64,000 nt of DNA from Acidobacteriota bacterium. Its GTDB lineage: Bacteria > Acidobacteriota > Thermoanaerobaculia > Gp7-AA8. The DNA lies in NCBI GenBank assembly GCA_019244185.1, contig JAFATB010000023.1, forward strand, positions 384,001-448,000. Direction: 5' to 3'. The position numbers were made by a program, and so were the translations under genes. Every line of letters starts with the position of its first letter. Position 1 is the first letter of the stretch. Below the pieces are notes generated by a model. It searched no databases. It worked only from the letters and a program-made list of their open reading frames with translations, and had not been told where the DNA came from. Positions 30,115 through 41,165 of this stretch are shown piece after piece.

Positions 30115-31956
30115 ATGCCGAAAATCATCGGAATCGACCTCGGCACGACGAACTCCTGCGTCGCAGTCGTCGATGTCACGACACCTCAGGTGATCCCCAA
30201 CCGCGAGGGCAGCCGCACCACGCCTTCCGTCGTCGGGTTCACCGAGGATGGGGAGCGGCTCGTCGGCCAGATCGCCAAGCGTCAGGCGATCACGAACCCG
30301 TTCAACACCGTCTTCGCCATCAAGCGCCTCATCGGCCGCAAGTACGACTCCGACGAAGTCGCGCACGCGAAGAAGATCCTGCCGTACAACGCCGTCTCCG
30401 GCTCCAACGGCGACGTGAAAGTGAAGATCCGCGAGCGCGACTACTCGCCGGAAGAGATCTCCGCGTTCGTCCTCGGCGAGATCAAATCGTTCGCCGAAGA
30501 ATTCCTCGGCGAGACCGTCACCGAGGCCATCATCACGGTGCCGGCGTACTTCAATGACTCGCAGCGGCAGGCCACGCGCGACGCCGGACGCATCGCCGGA
30601 CTCGAAGTTCTGCGCATCATCAACGAGCCGACGGCGGCCGCGCTCGCGTACGGTCTCGACAACAAACAGAACCAGCTCATCGCGGTCTACGACCTCGGCG
30701 GCGGCACGTTCGACATCAGCATCCTCAAGCTCGAAGACGGTCTCTTCGAAGTGCTCTCGACGTCCGGCGACACGTACCTCGGCGGCGAGGACTTCGACAA
30801 GCGGATCATGGACTGGCTGATCGAGACCTTCCAGCGCGACTCCGGCATCGACCTGCGCGACGACCGCATGGCGCTGCAGCGCCTCAAGGAAGCAGCCGAG
30901 CGCGCGAAGTGCGAGCTGTCCATCGAACAGGAGTCGCGCATCACGCTGCCGTTCATCTCCGCCGACGCGACCGGACCGAAGCACCTCAACGCCGTGCTCA
31001 CGCGCCGCGAGTTCGAGCGCATGGTCGAGGACCTCATCCAGAAGACCATCGATCCGGTGAATGACGCGCTCAAAGCCGCGGGGCTGAGCGCGCGGCAGAT
31101 CGATGAAGTCGTGCTCGTCGGCGGCCAGACGCGCATGCCGAAAGTCATCGAGGCGGTGCGCAACGTCTTCGGCAAGGATCCGAACCGCGACATCAATCCC
31201 GACGAGGTCGTCGCGGTCGGCGCCGCGATCCAGGGCGGCATCCTGCGCGGCGACATCAAGGACATGGTGCTCCTCGACGTCACGCCGCTCTCGCTCGGCA
31301 TCGAGACGCACGGCGGTCTCTTCACGAAGCTGATCGAGCGCAACTCCACGATTCCGACCAAGAACTCGCTCGTGTTCACCACCGTCGCCGACAACCAGAG
31401 CAAGGTCACCGTGCACGTGCTGCAGGGCGAGCGCGAGTTCGCGCGCGAGAACAAGTCGCTCGGCAAGTTCGACCTCGTCGGCATCCCGGCCTCGCCGCGC
31501 GGCGTGCCGCAGATCGAAGTCACGTTCTCCATCGACTCGAACGGCATCGTCAACGTCACGGCGCGCGACCAGGCCACCGGCGCGTCGCAGGGCGTGCAGA
31601 TCAATCCCGCCGGCGGCCTCTCGAAAGACGAGATCGACCGCATCATCAACGAAGCCACCGCGCACCAGCGCGCCGACTCGCAGCGCCGCGAGATGCGCAT
31701 GCTCCAGAACAAGCTCGAGGGGATGATCTACACGAACGACAAAGTCTTCCGCGAGTTCGGCAAGCTCCTCAACGAGACGGACCGCGACCGCGTGCAGGCC
31801 ATCCTCACGCGCGCGAAGGAAGCGGTGAACGCCGAACAGAAACAGACCATCAACGACGCGATCTTCGAGCTGCAGGGCGCCTCGCGCATCCTGACGAGCG
31901 TGATGCTCTACAACCCGCTCAAAGTCTCGTCCGCGTCCGACACGAGCGGCAGTTGA
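30115..31956 (+). CDS. dnaK: Chaperone DnaK (Hsp70)
   Basis: [46 protein letters not shown]. Confidence 0.97.
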   Translation: MPKIIGIDLGTTNSCVAVVDVTTPQVIPNREGSRTTPSVVGFTEDGERLVGQIAKRQAITNPFNTVFAIKRLIGRKYDSDEVAHAKKILPYNAVSGSNGDVKVKIRERDYSPEEISAFVLGEIKSFAEEFLGETVTEAIITVPAYFNDSQRQATRDAGRIAGLEVLRIINEPTAAALAYGLDNKQNQLIAVYDLGGGTFDISILKLEDGLFEVLSTSGDTYLGGEDFDKRIMDWLIETFQRDSGIDLRDDRMALQRLKEAAERAKCELSIEQESRITLPFISADATGPKHLNAVLTRREFERMVEDLIQKTIDPVNDALKAAGLSARQIDEVVLVGGQTRMPKVIEAVRNVFGKDPNRDINPDEVVAVGAAIQGGILRGDIKDMVLLDVTPLSLGIETHGGLFTKLIERNSTIPTKNSLVFTTVADNQSKVTVHVLQGEREFARENKSLGKFDLVGIPASPRGVPQIEVTFSIDSNGIVNVTARDQATGASQGVQINPAGGLSKDEIDRIINEATAHQRADSQRREMRMLQNKLEGMIYTNDKVFREFGKLLNETDRDRVQAILTRAKEAVNAEQKQTINDAIFELQGASRILTSVMLYNPLKVSSASDTSGS

Positions 31957-31964
31957 AACCGACC

Positions 31965-33083
31965 ATGGCCACGACCGAAAAACGCGATTACTACGAGGTG
32001 CTCGGCCTGCAGCGCGGCGCGAGCCTCGACGACATCAAGAAGTCCTACCGCAAGCTCGCGGTGAAATATCACCCGGACAAAAATCCGGGCGACCCCGAGG
32101 CGGAGGAGAAGTTCAAGGAAGCTGCGGAGGCGTACGGCGTGCTCTCCGATGAGGAGAAGCGCGCGCGCTACGACCGCTTCGGACATCAGGGGATGTCCGG
32201 CATGGGCGGCTTCGATCCGAATCAGTTCTCCGACTTCGGCGACATCCTCGGCGATCTCTTCGGCTTCGGCGACTTCTTCGGCACGCGCGGCCGCCGCAGC
32301 ACGCGCGCCGCGCGCGGCAACGATCTCCGCTACGACCTCACGCTGGAGTTCAACGAGGCGGTGTGGGGGAAGGAGATCACGCTCGACGTGCCGCGCTCCG
32401 CGACGTGCACGACGTGCAGTGGCAGCGGCGCGAAGCCCGGCACGCAACCGGTGACGTGCACCGGCTGCGGCGGACGCGGCCAGATCCGCTACTCACAGGG
32501 CTTTTTCGCCGTCGCGCGCACGTGCCCGCAATGCGGCGGTGCGGGCAAGGTGATCAAGGACCCATGCGCGACGTGCGGCGGCGCGGGACGCGTGCGCGAG
32601 GAGAAGCAGATCTCCGTGAAGGTGCCGGCGGGCGTCGACGACGGCTCACGCCTGCGCGTGGGCGCCGAAGGCGAAGCCGGCTACAACGGCGGACCTCCCG
32701 GCGATCTCTACGTGTTCATCAACGTCCGCGAGCACGAGAAGTTCACGCGCCGCGACTACGACATCCACAGCGAGCAGCCGATCACGATGACCCAGGCCGC
32801 CCTCGGCGGCGAAGTGCGCACCGACACCATCGACGGCGCCGAATCGCTGCGCGTCCCCCCAGGAACGCAACCCGCGCAAGTCTTCCGCCTGCGGGGCAAA
32901 GGCGTCCCCTTCCTCGACGGCACCGGCCGCGGCGACCACTACGTCCACGTCGCCGTGCGCGTCCCCACGTCGCTCAACGACGCTCAGCGCGCGCTGCTCG
33001 AGCAACTCGCCACGCTGGAAGGCGAAACGCCTCCGGGTGAGAAGCGGATGCTGGATAAGGTGAAGGACTTTTTTACGAACTGA
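31965..33083 (+). CDS. dnaJ: Chaperone DnaJ
   Basis: J-domain HPD, G/F region, four CxxCxGxG repeats. Confidence 0.98.
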   Translation: MATTEKRDYYEVLGLQRGASLDDIKKSYRKLAVKYHPDKNPGDPEAEEKFKEAAEAYGVLSDEEKRARYDRFGHQGMSGMGGFDPNQFSDFGDILGDLFGFGDFFGTRGRRSTRAARGNDLRYDLTLEFNEAVWGKEITLDVPRSATCTTCSGSGAKPGTQPVTCTGCGGRGQIRYSQGFFAVARTCPQCGGAGKVIKDPCATCGGAGRVREEKQISVKVPAGVDDGSRLRVGAEGEAGYNGGPPGDLYVFINVREHEKFTRRDYDIHSEQPITMTQAALGGEVRTDTIDGAESLRVPPGTQPAQVFRLRGKGVPFLDGTGRGDHYVHVAVRVPTSLNDAQRALLEQLATLEGETPPGEKRMLDKVKDFFTN

Positions 33084-33099
33084 GGGACCCGGGGGAGCC

Positions 33100-33330
33100 T
33101 TACTTGGCCGACAGCTCGTGGAGTAGCTGTTCTACCGTTTCGGGTACCGCAACCGGGACGAACCACGCTTCCGGATACAAGTAGTCCTCACCCGATTCGT
33201 CGATGACCCGAACAAAGTTGCGCTGCGCAGCCACAGCATCATCGAGAACTTCGTAGACTTTTCGGAGTTCCAACGTGCCCGCATAGGGGCCGTTATGGAT
33301 GCAAATCGCAAAGTGGGTGTTAGAGCGCAT
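33100..33330 (-). CDS. Small hypothetical protein, [13 protein letters not shown] type
   Basis: 76 aa, FAICI.N..Y...LELRKVYEV...[13 protein letters not shown]; atypical low-GC codons. Confidence 0.8.
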   Translation of the reverse strand: MRSNTHFAICIHNGPYAGTLELRKVYEVLDDAVAAQRNFVRVIDESGEDYLYPEAWFVPVAVPETVEQLLHELSAK

Positions 33331-33334
33331 AGGG

Positions 33335-33580
33335 CTAATCGAGAAAACGCTTAATTTTCACCCACCGCATTCCGATGCCGTCGGCCTCATACCAGTGAAG
33401 CTCGGCTTCCTGCATCGTACCATCGCCGAGGCGCACGGTTGCGAGCCCCTTCAGCTTGAGCCAGTCGCCCGTGCCGAAGCGTTCCTCGATGGCGACAAGA
33501 TCGCGAATCTCTTCGCCACGCGCGATCACCTGAATTCGACGGATCGACCCCACGATCTCGAACGAATCCCACACGTCCAC
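33335..33580 (-). CDS. Small hypothetical protein, [11 protein letters not shown] type
   Basis: FEIVG.I..IQVIARG..IRD...W.KLKG.ATVRL.DG...[12 protein letters not shown]...KIKRFLD; GTG 33580 lies 7 nt after TGnTACGCT. Confidence 0.78.
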   Translation of the reverse strand: MDVWDSFEIVGSIRRIQVIARGEEIRDLVAIEERFGTGDWLKLKGLATVRLGDGTMQEAELHWYEADGIGMRWVKIKRFLD

Positions 33581-33658
33581 GTGCAGGAGCGTAGCACGCG
33601 GCAAACTCGTGCGCTGGCTCCGCATCCTCATCACCCCCCCGCGCTACAATCCCGCCCC

Positions 33659-34276
33659 ATGCCCGACCGCAGTTTCTCCCGCTGGCGCCCGCATCCGTGG
33701 CATGGTCTCTCGGCCGGGGACGAGGCGCCGCGCGTGGTGAACGTGTATGTCGAGATCACGCCGTTCGATTTGATCAAGTACGAGATCGACAAGGCGAGCG
33801 GGTATTTGCGCGTCGATCGGCCGCAGCGCACTTCGTCGCAATTGCCGGCGCTGTATGGATTCATTCCGCAGACGTATTGCGCGGAGCGGGTGATGCGGCT
33901 CTCGGCGGGGGCGACGCAGGGGGACGGGGATCCGCTCGACATTTGCGTGTTGAGCGAGCGTCCGATCTCGAAGTCGGAGCTGCTCGTGCCGGCGCGCGTG
34001 ATCGGCGGGCTGCAGGTGCAGGATCGCGGCGAGGCGGACGACAAGATCGTCGCGGTGCTGCAGGGCGACTACGTCTGGGGGGAGGCGGTGGACCTCGACG
34101 ATGTGCCGGACGTGCTCATCGAACGGCTCGAGCACTACTTCACGACCTACAAGCTCGTTCCCGGCGAGGCGCCGCGCATCCGCATCATCGGGCGTTACGG
34201 CTACGACCACGCGGCCGCGGTGGTGCAGGCGGCGATGGAGGACTATCGCGCGCACTTTGGCGGCGGCGATGCGTGA
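33659..34276 (+). CDS. ppa: Family I inorganic pyrophosphatase
   Basis: HPWHG, IKYEIDK, YGFIPQT, DGDPLDI, DDKIVAV, YFTTYK. Confidence 0.95.
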   Translation: MPDRSFSRWRPHPWHGLSAGDEAPRVVNVYVEITPFDLIKYEIDKASGYLRVDRPQRTSSQLPALYGFIPQTYCAERVMRLSAGATQGDGDPLDICVLSERPISKSELLVPARVIGGLQVQDRGEADDKIVAVLQGDYVWGEAVDLDDVPDVLIERLEHYFTTYKLVPGEAPRIRIIGRYGYDHAAAVVQAAMEDYRAHFGGGDA

Positions 34277-35126
34277 TTACCTCCTCGAGATCTCGTTCGA
34301 CGCGCGCGACACCGCGCTCGAGGACGAGATCCAGTCACGACTATTTCTCACCGCGACGACCGGCAGCACGTCGAACGATGTCAACGGCACGCTGACCATC
34401 TCCGCGTACTTTGACGAGCCCGAACAGCGCGACGCCGCAATGGACGCGCTGCGCGACGTCGATGCCATTGAGCTGCACGCGACGGAACGCGAGCGCGTCG
34501 ATTGGCTCGATCTCTATCAGCAGTCGCTCGAACCGCTCGTGATCGGCACGCGCTTCATCGTCGCGCCCGACGCCGCGCTGTTGCCGGATGCCGTTGCGCA
34601 CGGCGCCGACCGCCTTACGATCGTCGTGCCGCAGGAGCAGGCCTTCGGCTCCGGCTCGCACGAGACGACGTCGCTTTGCATCGAGCTCCTCGAAACGCTG
34701 CCGGTGCGCGGCGCGCGCGGTCTCGACATCGGCGCGGGCAGCGGCATCCTCGCCATCGCCATGCATCGTCTCGGCGCGGCGAAGGTGATCGCCTTCGACA
34801 ACGATCCCGACGCGTACGGCGCGTTGCGCGACAACCGCATCCGCAACGAGGTCGCCGAGTCCGCGCTGCCGCTCTTCATCGGCAGCGTCGAGGCGTTGCG
34901 CGCGGGTGCGTTCGACGTGCTGACGATGAACATCATCCCGGAGGTCATCGTGCCGATGCTCGGGGACGTCGTGAGGCACATGGCGCGCGACGCGCGGCTG
35001 CTCGTCAGCGGCATCCTCGTCGTCAAGCGCGACGAGGTCGTCGCCGCGGCGGGCGCGCACGGCCTGCAACTGATCGATGAACGTGAGAAGGGCGAGTGGT
35101 GGGCGGGCGTGCTCGGCATGTTATGA
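34269..35126 (+). CDS. prmA: Ribosomal protein L11 methyltransferase
   Basis: [36 protein letters not shown]. Confidence 0.92.
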   Translation: MRDYLLEISFDARDTALEDEIQSRLFLTATTGSTSNDVNGTLTISAYFDEPEQRDAAMDALRDVDAIELHATERERVDWLDLYQQSLEPLVIGTRFIVAPDAALLPDAVAHGADRLTIVVPQEQAFGSGSHETTSLCIELLETLPVRGARGLDIGAGSGILAIAMHRLGAAKVIAFDNDPDAYGALRDNRIRNEVAESALPLFIGSVEALRAGAFDVLTMNIIPEVIVPMLGDVVRHMARDARLLVSGILVVKRDEVVAAAGAHGLQLIDEREKGEWWAGVLGML

Positions 35127-35133
35127 AGTGCGC

Positions 35134-36429
35134 ATGCACTTGATGCGACGCGCGGTTCTCGTCGTTCTTCTGGCCACGCTGTCGTTGCACGCGCAGGACT
35201 CGCCGCTCGCCGCGGCGTTGCGCGCGAACGGCGTTCCGTTCACGATCGAGAACGGCCAGCTCGGCGGCGCCGGCGCGGCGTTCTTCCGCCAGCTCGCGCG
35301 CGAGCATCAGTTCATCATCATCGGAGAAGACCACGGCATCCACGAAGTGCCGGAGTTCGTCGGCGCCGCATTCGATCTCGCGCGCCGCGACGCGAACTAC
35401 CGCCACCTCGGCATCGAGCTCGGTCCCGAAACGGCGCGCCAGCTCGAGACCATGCTACGCAAGCCGAGCGGACAGGACGACCTGAAAGCGTTCCTCACGC
35501 GCTACACCGGCTTCTCGCTGCCGTTCGCGAACTGGCGCGAGGAAGCGCAGCTCTTCCAGCGCGTCGTGCAGTCGCTGCCGGACGAGAAGCACGTGCTGTG
35601 GGGACTCGATCAGGAGTTCATCGTCGCGCCGTCGTATTTGTTCGAGAGCCTCGCGCGCATGGCACCGAACGATGAAGCGCGGACGCTGGCGACGAATCTC
35701 GCGGCGTCCTCGCTGGCGTCGGACCGGCGCATGATCGCCGAGGCGAATCCGCAGGCGGTGTGGATGGTCACGTCGACGGATGCGGACGTCGCGGCGTTGC
35801 AGAAGGCATTCGCGAACGCCACGCCCGCGGCGCGCGCGCTGCTCGACGAGATCGTGCAGAGCCGCGCGATTTACCGCGCGATCTTCAGCGGCAAGAACTA
35901 CGAGTCGAACCGCGACCGCGCGGAGCTGATGAAGCGGCACTTCGCCGCCGAGTACGAGGCGGCGCGCCGCGCCGGAGAAGCCGCGCCGCGCGTGATGCTG
36001 AAGTTCGGCTCGAACCACGCGTTTCGCGGCGTGAGCGGGACCAGCACTTACGAGCTCGGCTCGTTCCTGCCGGAGCTCGCGATCGCGAACGGCTCGCATG
36101 CGTGCAACGTGCTCCTCGTGCACACGCGCGGCACGCAGAACATGTACCGCCCGTTCGGCAGCAAGCTCGAAGACCAGGCGAAGCCGTTCGCGGACGGCGG
36201 GAGCGACTCCGACAACGACGTGCTCGACGTCCGCGCCGCGCGCGCCATCGCGGGCGACGCGATGATGATGTTCGATCTGCGCCCGGTGCGCGCCGCGGCG
36301 CAGAACCGGAAGCTCGGGAAACTCGATCCGCCCGTGCTGCGGCTGCTGCAGGCGTTCGACGTCGTGGTCGTGCTGCCGGTCGTGCACGCGTCGGCGCTGA
36401 TCGTGCCGCCGGCGGAACCGTCGCACTGA
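35134..36429 (+). CDS. Secreted protein, erythromycin-esterase/ChaN-like superfamily
   Basis: Signal peptide LHA-QD, IIIGEDHG, LGIELGP, WGLDQE, KFGSNH. Confidence 0.6.
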   Translation: MHLMRRAVLVVLLATLSLHAQDSPLAAALRANGVPFTIENGQLGGAGAAFFRQLAREHQFIIIGEDHGIHEVPEFVGAAFDLARRDANYRHLGIELGPETARQLETMLRKPSGQDDLKAFLTRYTGFSLPFANWREEAQLFQRVVQSLPDEKHVLWGLDQEFIVAPSYLFESLARMAPNDEARTLATNLAASSLASDRRMIAEANPQAVWMVTSTDADVAALQKAFANATPAARALLDEIVQSRAIYRAIFSGKNYESNRDRAELMKRHFAAEYEAARRAGEAAPRVMLKFGSNHAFRGVSGTSTYELGSFLPELAIANGSHACNVLLVHTRGTQNMYRPFGSKLEDQAKPFADGGSDSDNDVLDVRAARAIAGDAMMMFDLRPVRAAAQNRKLGKLDPPVLRLLQAFDVVVVLPVVHASALIVPPAEPSH

Positions 36430-36431
36430 AG

Positions 36432-36454
36432 GCGCGGCGCTCGCGGCGCCGCGC
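36432..36454. terminator. GC hairpin between convergent genes
   Basis: GCGCGGCGC-TCGCG-GCGCCGCGC; no U tract. Confidence 0.45.
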
Positions 36455-36460
36455 AATGCC

Positions 36461-37744
36461 TCAGCGCTGGTCGATGGCGACGTAGTCGCGGCGCGGCGCG
36501 CCGGTGTAGATCTGCCGCGGACGCGCGATCTTCTGATCGGGATCGCCGAGCATCTCCTGCCACTGCGCGAGCCAGCCGGACGTGCGCGGGATCGCGAAGA
36601 GCACCGTGAACATCTCCATCGGGAACCGCATGGCCTGATAGATGAGGCCCGAGTAAAAGTCGACGTTCGGGTAGAGCTTGCGCTTGATGAAGTAGTCGTC
36701 CTCGAGCGCGATGCGTTCGAGCTCGACGGCGATGTCGATCAGCGGATTCTTGCCCGTCACCTCGAACACCTCGTACGCGACCTGCTTCACCAGCTTCGCG
36801 CGCGGGTCGTAGTTCTTGTAGACGCGGTGGCCGAAGCCCATGAGGCGTCCTTCGCCGCCCTTCACGCCCTTGATGAACTCGGGGATCGCGCTGACGGAGC
36901 CGATCTCGAGGAGCATGCGGATGACGGCCTCGTTCGCGCCGCCGTGCAGCGGGCCATAAAGAGCCGCGGCGGCCGCGGCGCCTGCCGAGTACGGATCGAC
37001 CTGAGAGCTGCCGACGGCGCGCATGGCGTTGGTCGAGCAGTTCTGTTCGTGGTCCGCGTGGAGGATGAAGAGGATGTCCAGCGCACGCTCGAGCACGGGG
37101 TTCGGCGTGTACTTCACCTCCGTCATCTTGTACATCATGTTGAGGAAGTTGCCGGCGTACGAGAGCTCGTTGTCGGGATACGCATACGGCATCCCGATCG
37201 TGCTGCGGTAGTTGAACGCGGCGATCGTCGTGACCTTCGCGATGAGCCGGTGGATCTGCTTCTGCCGGCATTCGGCGTCGAAGATGTTCTTCGATTCCGG
37301 ATAGAACGTGCCCAACGCGGCCAGCGACGCGATGAAGCGGCCCATCGGATGCGCGTTGTAGCGGAACGAGTCGATGAGCTTGCGGAAGTTCTCGTTGAGG
37401 ATGGTGTGGTGCGTGACCGAGTGCTGCCATTCGGCGAGCTGCGTTTGGTTCGGGAGCTCGCCGTTGAGGAGGAGATACGCGACTTCGAGATAGCTGCTCT
37501 GTTCCGCGAGCTGTTCGATCGGATAGCCGCGGTATTCGAGGATGCCCTGGTCGCCGTCGATGAAAGTGATCGCGCTGCGGCACGACGCGGTGTTCATGAA
37601 CGCCGGGTCGTAGGTCATCATCCCGAACTCGTCGTCGGTGACTTTGATCTGGCGAAGGTCGAGGGCTTTGATCGTGCCGTCGTTGATGGGGACGTCGTAG
37701 GTTTTTCCGGTTCTGTTGTCTGTGATGGTGAGGGTCTCGGCCAC
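36461..37744 (-). CDS. gltA: Citrate synthase
   Basis: LHADHEQNCST, GPLHGGAN, MGFGHRVYKNYDPRA, YPNVDFYSG; GTG 37744 with GGAGG. Confidence 0.97.
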   Translation of the reverse strand: MAETLTITDNRTGKTYDVPINDGTIKALDLRQIKVTDDEFGMMTYDPAFMNTASCRSAITFIDGDQGILEYRGYPIEQLAEQSSYLEVAYLLLNGELPNQTQLAEWQHSVTHHTILNENFRKLIDSFRYNAHPMGRFIASLAALGTFYPESKNIFDAECRQKQIHRLIAKVTTIAAFNYRSTIGMPYAYPDNELSYAGNFLNMMYKMTEVKYTPNPVLERALDILFILHADHEQNCSTNAMRAVGSSQVDPYSAGAAAAAALYGPLHGGANEAVIRMLLEIGSVSAIPEFIKGVKGGEGRLMGFGHRVYKNYDPRAKLVKQVAYEVFEVTGKNPLIDIAVELERIALEDDYFIKRKLYPNVDFYSGLIYQAMRFPMEMFTVLFAIPRTSGWLAQWQEMLGDPDQKIARPRQIYTGAPRRDYVAIDQR

Positions 37745-37777
37745 GAACGGCACCTCCAATAGCGGAGGCGTAATCTA

Positions 37778-38470
37778 CTACAGATCCCCGAAGCGGGAAG
37801 CGATGACGCTCAGTGCGACGATCGCTGCCGTTTCGGCGCGCAAACGGCGCGGTCCGAGGCGCATGAAACCGCAGCCGAAGTCGCGCGCGCGGCGCAGTTC
37901 GTCGTCGCTCCAGCCGCCTTCCGGACCGATCAGCAGCGTGACCTCGTTCATGCGCTCGACCGAGGTTGGTTCGGCATCGGCGTCGAAGAGAAGCTTCACG
38001 CCCGGACGCGCGAGCACTTCATCGAACGACAGCGGCGCTTCGAGCCGCGGAATGCGCGCGCGTCCCGACTGCTTCGTCGCCTCGAAGAGGATCTTGTTCC
38101 ACCGCTCGAGCTTTCCCTGATAGCGCTCGCGCCGCACTTCCGTGTGCTCGGTTTCCATCGGAACGATCGACGCGGCGCCGAGCTCGGTCGCCTTCTGCAG
38201 CACGAGCTCGAACTTCTCGAGCTGAATGACGCTCATCGCCAGATGCATCACGAGCGGCGACTCGCGCGACGGCAGCGCGTCGCCGGCAACGATGATCGCG
38301 CGATCGCGTTCGATGGCTTCGACGACGCCGCGCGCGGCACGACCCTCACGATCGAAGAGCTCGACTTCCTCGCCCGCGCGCACGCGTACCACGCGGATCG
38401 AATGATGGAACTCGTCGCCCGCGACTTCCGTGCGCGGCGCGATGGCGTCGACGAAGATGCGATGGCGCAT
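37778..38470 (-). CDS. rsmE: 16S rRNA m3U1498 methyltransferase
   Basis: HHSIRVVR, LQKATELG, EATKQSGR, IGPEGGW, LGPRRLRAETA. Confidence 0.93.
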   Translation of the reverse strand: MRHRIFVDAIAPRTEVAGDEFHHSIRVVRVRAGEEVELFDREGRAARGVVEAIERDRAIIVAGDALPSRESPLVMHLAMSVIQLEKFELVLQKATELGAASIVPMETEHTEVRRERYQGKLERWNKILFEATKQSGRARIPRLEAPLSFDEVLARPGVKLLFDADAEPTSVERMNEVTLLIGPEGGWSDDELRRARDFGCGFMRLGPRRLRAETAAIVALSVIASRFGDL

Positions 38471-38489
38471 GGCTGGTTAAAATACCGCA

Positions 38490-39407
38490 GTGACCCTGGA
38501 GCTTCTCCGTTCCTCTCGACGCATCGGCTTCGTCTTCTCCGGCGGCTCGTCGCGCTGCGCGTTTCAGGTCGGCGCCGTCGAGCGCCTCTCCGCCCTCGGC
38601 ATCCGCGCGGCGGTGACCGTCGGCGTGTCGGCCGGCTCGTGGAACGCCGCGATCGTCGCCGCGCGCTCGGAAGATCGCATTCGCTATTTCTGGAAGTCGT
38701 TCATGCGCATGCCCGCCTTCGACGTGCGCAATCTCTTCCGCGCGCATCACTCGCCGTGGCGTTACGCGGAGATGCATCGCCGCAACTTCGGACGCTTCAT
38801 CGACAAGCGCCTGCACGATCGCGACGCGCTGCCGTGCCTCGTCTCCGTCACGCGGCTGCGCGACAAGGCGAACGCGATTCTCGCGGCGGCGGACGTCGAC
38901 GATCCGCTGGAGCTGCTGCTCGCGACGAACTACCTCCCGCCGTTCTACACGCACGCGCCGCGCATTCAGGGCGAGCGTTACGGCGACGGCGGCGTGACCG
39001 ACAACGCGCCGTACGAGGCCGCCTTCGCCGCCGGCTGCGACGCGGTCGTGCTGATCACGATGAAAGGCGAGTCCGAAGGCGGCATCTACAAAAGCACGCG
39101 CGACGTCGATCACGTGATCCCGCCCGCCTTGCGCGAGCGCGTGGTCGTCATCCGCCCGCGCCATCGACTTCCCTTCAGCTTCACCGAACGCCGCTGGGAG
39201 AAGCTCTCCGAGCTCATCACCCTCGGCGATCTCCGCACGCGCGAGCTGCTCCTCGGCGAGCGCCATCCCGAGACCGACGTCCGCGCCACCGGCGAGTCGC
39301 CGACCGTGAAGGTCGTGCGCGCGCTGCGGAAGCTACGCGTCGGTGACGACCGTCGCCGTCCCGCGGACGCGTTCGCGGATCAGCGGGAGGAGCGCGAGCC
39401 CTGGTAG
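38490..39407 (+). CDS. Patatin-like phospholipase
   Basis: FSGGSSR, GVSAG nucleophile elbow, DGG. Confidence 0.88.
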   Translation: MTLELLRSSRRIGFVFSGGSSRCAFQVGAVERLSALGIRAAVTVGVSAGSWNAAIVAARSEDRIRYFWKSFMRMPAFDVRNLFRAHHSPWRYAEMHRRNFGRFIDKRLHDRDALPCLVSVTRLRDKANAILAAADVDDPLELLLATNYLPPFYTHAPRIQGERYGDGGVTDNAPYEAAFAAGCDAVVLITMKGESEGGIYKSTRDVDHVIPPALRERVVVIRPRHRLPFSFTERRWEKLSELITLGDLRTRELLLGERHPETDVRATGESPTVKVVRALRKLRVGDDRRRPADAFADQREEREPW

Positions 39408-40541
39408 CGCGAGCGCGGCGGTGAGCCAGTAGTAGCGCGCGTAGCCGAGGTCCTGCGCGAAGAAGCCGCTGACCGAGCCGGCCAGCGTGCGCGTGAAGCC
39501 GAAGACGGCGCTCAGCATTGCGAACTCCGTGGCCGCGTTTTCCTTGTCGCAGACGAACATCAGGAACGAGAGGAACGCCGCGATGCCGAGGCCGCCGCAG
39601 AACGTCTCGATGACGGCGGCGCCGTACAGCGCGGAGCGGCCCGCGCCCGTGGTGGCCACGAACGCGTAGCCGAGGTTCGAGAGCATCTGCACGAGACCGA
39701 GCCAGAAGAGACCGGCGAAGATGCCGAAGCGCGCGACGAACGCGCCTCCGGCGATGGCTCCCGCGATGGTGCAGATCATCCCGAGCGTCGTGGTCACGTT
39801 GCCGACTTCCGTCGCCGTGAAGCCGCGCGCGATCCAGTACGGCTTGATCATCGGCGAGAGCGCGGAATCGCCGAGGCGATAGAGCAGCACGACGGCGAGC
39901 AAGGGAAGTGAGCCGGGACGCTGCAGCCACGCGACGAGCGCGCGCAGCGGATTCGCGTGCGCGTCCGCGCGTCCGGCCTCGCGCGGCAGCGCGGTGAGGA
40001 GCGCGACGATGATCAGCAGCGGCAGGATGGCGGAGACGAGGAATGCGTGGCGCCAGCCGATGCGATCGGCGAGGACGGCGATGCCGCCGCCGGCGAGGAT
40101 GATGGCGACGCGATACGACGTGACGCGCGCGGAGTTCACGATGCCGAGCTGCTCCGGCGGCGTGATGCGGATCGTCAGCGCGTCGATGGCGATGTCCTGC
40201 GTCGCCGACGCGAGCGCGAGCACGGCGGCGACGATCCAGAACGGCGTCGTGGCGGGCGTCACGAATCCGAGGGTTGCGAGCGACGCGGTGATGACGACGA
40301 GCGCGCCGCAGATCCACGCGCGATACGTTCCCGCGAGATCGACGGCGGGCGCCCAGAAGAGCTTCAGCGTCCACGCGAGGCCGACGCTGCTGAGCAGGCC
40401 CACCTGCGCGAGCGGCGCGTGCACCGCGGCGAGGTAGAGGTTCAGCGTCTCGGTGACGACGCCGAAGGGAAGCCCCTGCGAGAAATAGAGGATGCTGGCG
40501 AGCGTCGGGAGGAGCCAGCGCGATCGTGCAGGTGCGGACAA
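39333..40541 (-). CDS. ampG: AmpG-like MFS permease
   Basis: YFSQGLP, WTLKLFWAP.VD, SATQDIAIDA; about 12 TM segments. Confidence 0.85.
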   Translation of the reverse strand: MSAPARSRWLLPTLASILYFSQGLPFGVVTETLNLYLAAVHAPLAQVGLLSSVGLAWTLKLFWAPAVDLAGTYRAWICGALVVITASLATLGFVTPATTPFWIVAAVLALASATQDIAIDALTIRITPPEQLGIVNSARVTSYRVAIILAGGGIAVLADRIGWRHAFLVSAILPLLIIVALLTALPREAGRADAHANPLRALVAWLQRPGSLPLLAVVLLYRLGDSALSPMIKPYWIARGFTATEVGNVTTTLGMICTIAGAIAGGAFVARFGIFAGLFWLGLVQMLSNLGYAFVATTGAGRSALYGAAVIETFCGGLGIAAFLSFLMFVCDKENAATEFAMLSAVFGFTRTLAGSVSGFFAQDLGYARYYWLTAALALPGLALLPLIRERVRGTATVVTDA

Positions 40542-40569
40542 GCGCCCGCGATTCTAGTGTGGCGAGCGG

Positions 40570-41073
40570 CTATCTCGACGAGTACACCGTCACCGGAAAC
40601 TTCATCTGTCCGATGGGGGTGTTGTAGTACGCGTTGCCGCGGATCTCGTAGCGCGCGCGGTTGCCGCGCACGACGTCGGCGATCTCGGTGAAGATCGAGC
40701 GGATGTTCTGGTAGCCGATGCGCGTGGAGAGGCGCACGTCGCCGCGGCCGTTGGCGGGGATGCGGATGCCCTGCTGGCTCACCGAGTCGAGGACGCGCGT
40801 GTCGTTGATGAAGAGGTTGAAGTCGATCTGGTCGAGCCGCAGCCCGACGGAGTTCGGATTGTCCACTTCGAGGGCGAAGTCGACGTCGATCGAGGACGCG
40901 GAGAGGGGGAGCGCGATGTCGACGCGCGGATGGATGTCGCGGATGCTGTAGCGCGGGTTCTCGATGTTGAGCGCGCGGGCCACGCTGCTGCAGCCCGAGA
41001 GCGTGAAGCAGGCGATGCCGGCCACGATGCTCAATGCCGCGAGGAGGCCGCCCAGGGTCAGGTTCCGTTTCAT
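40570..41073 (-). CDS. LEA type 2 (WHy domain) lipoprotein
   Basis: Lipobox LSGC, LEVDNPN motif. Confidence 0.82.
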   Translation of the reverse strand: MKRNLTLGGLLAALSIVAGIACFTLSGCSSVARALNIENPRYSIRDIHPRVDIALPLSASSIDVDFALEVDNPNSVGLRLDQIDFNLFINDTRVLDSVSQQGIRIPANGRGDVRLSTRIGYQNIRSIFTEIADVVRGNRARYEIRGNAYYNTPIGQMKFPVTVYSSR

Positions 41074-41165
41074 CGCGCAGCGAGAGTGCAAACGGCTCGC
41101 CCGGCGCGCGCCTGCCATCAAGTAGAATCCGCCGTGGTCTGGCCGTTGCAAACCCGTCGATCACG

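Noticed and set aside
33631-33641. C7 homopolymer as a phase-variable promoter tract
   Set aside because: Short run in a GC-rich intergenic region with no supporting evidence
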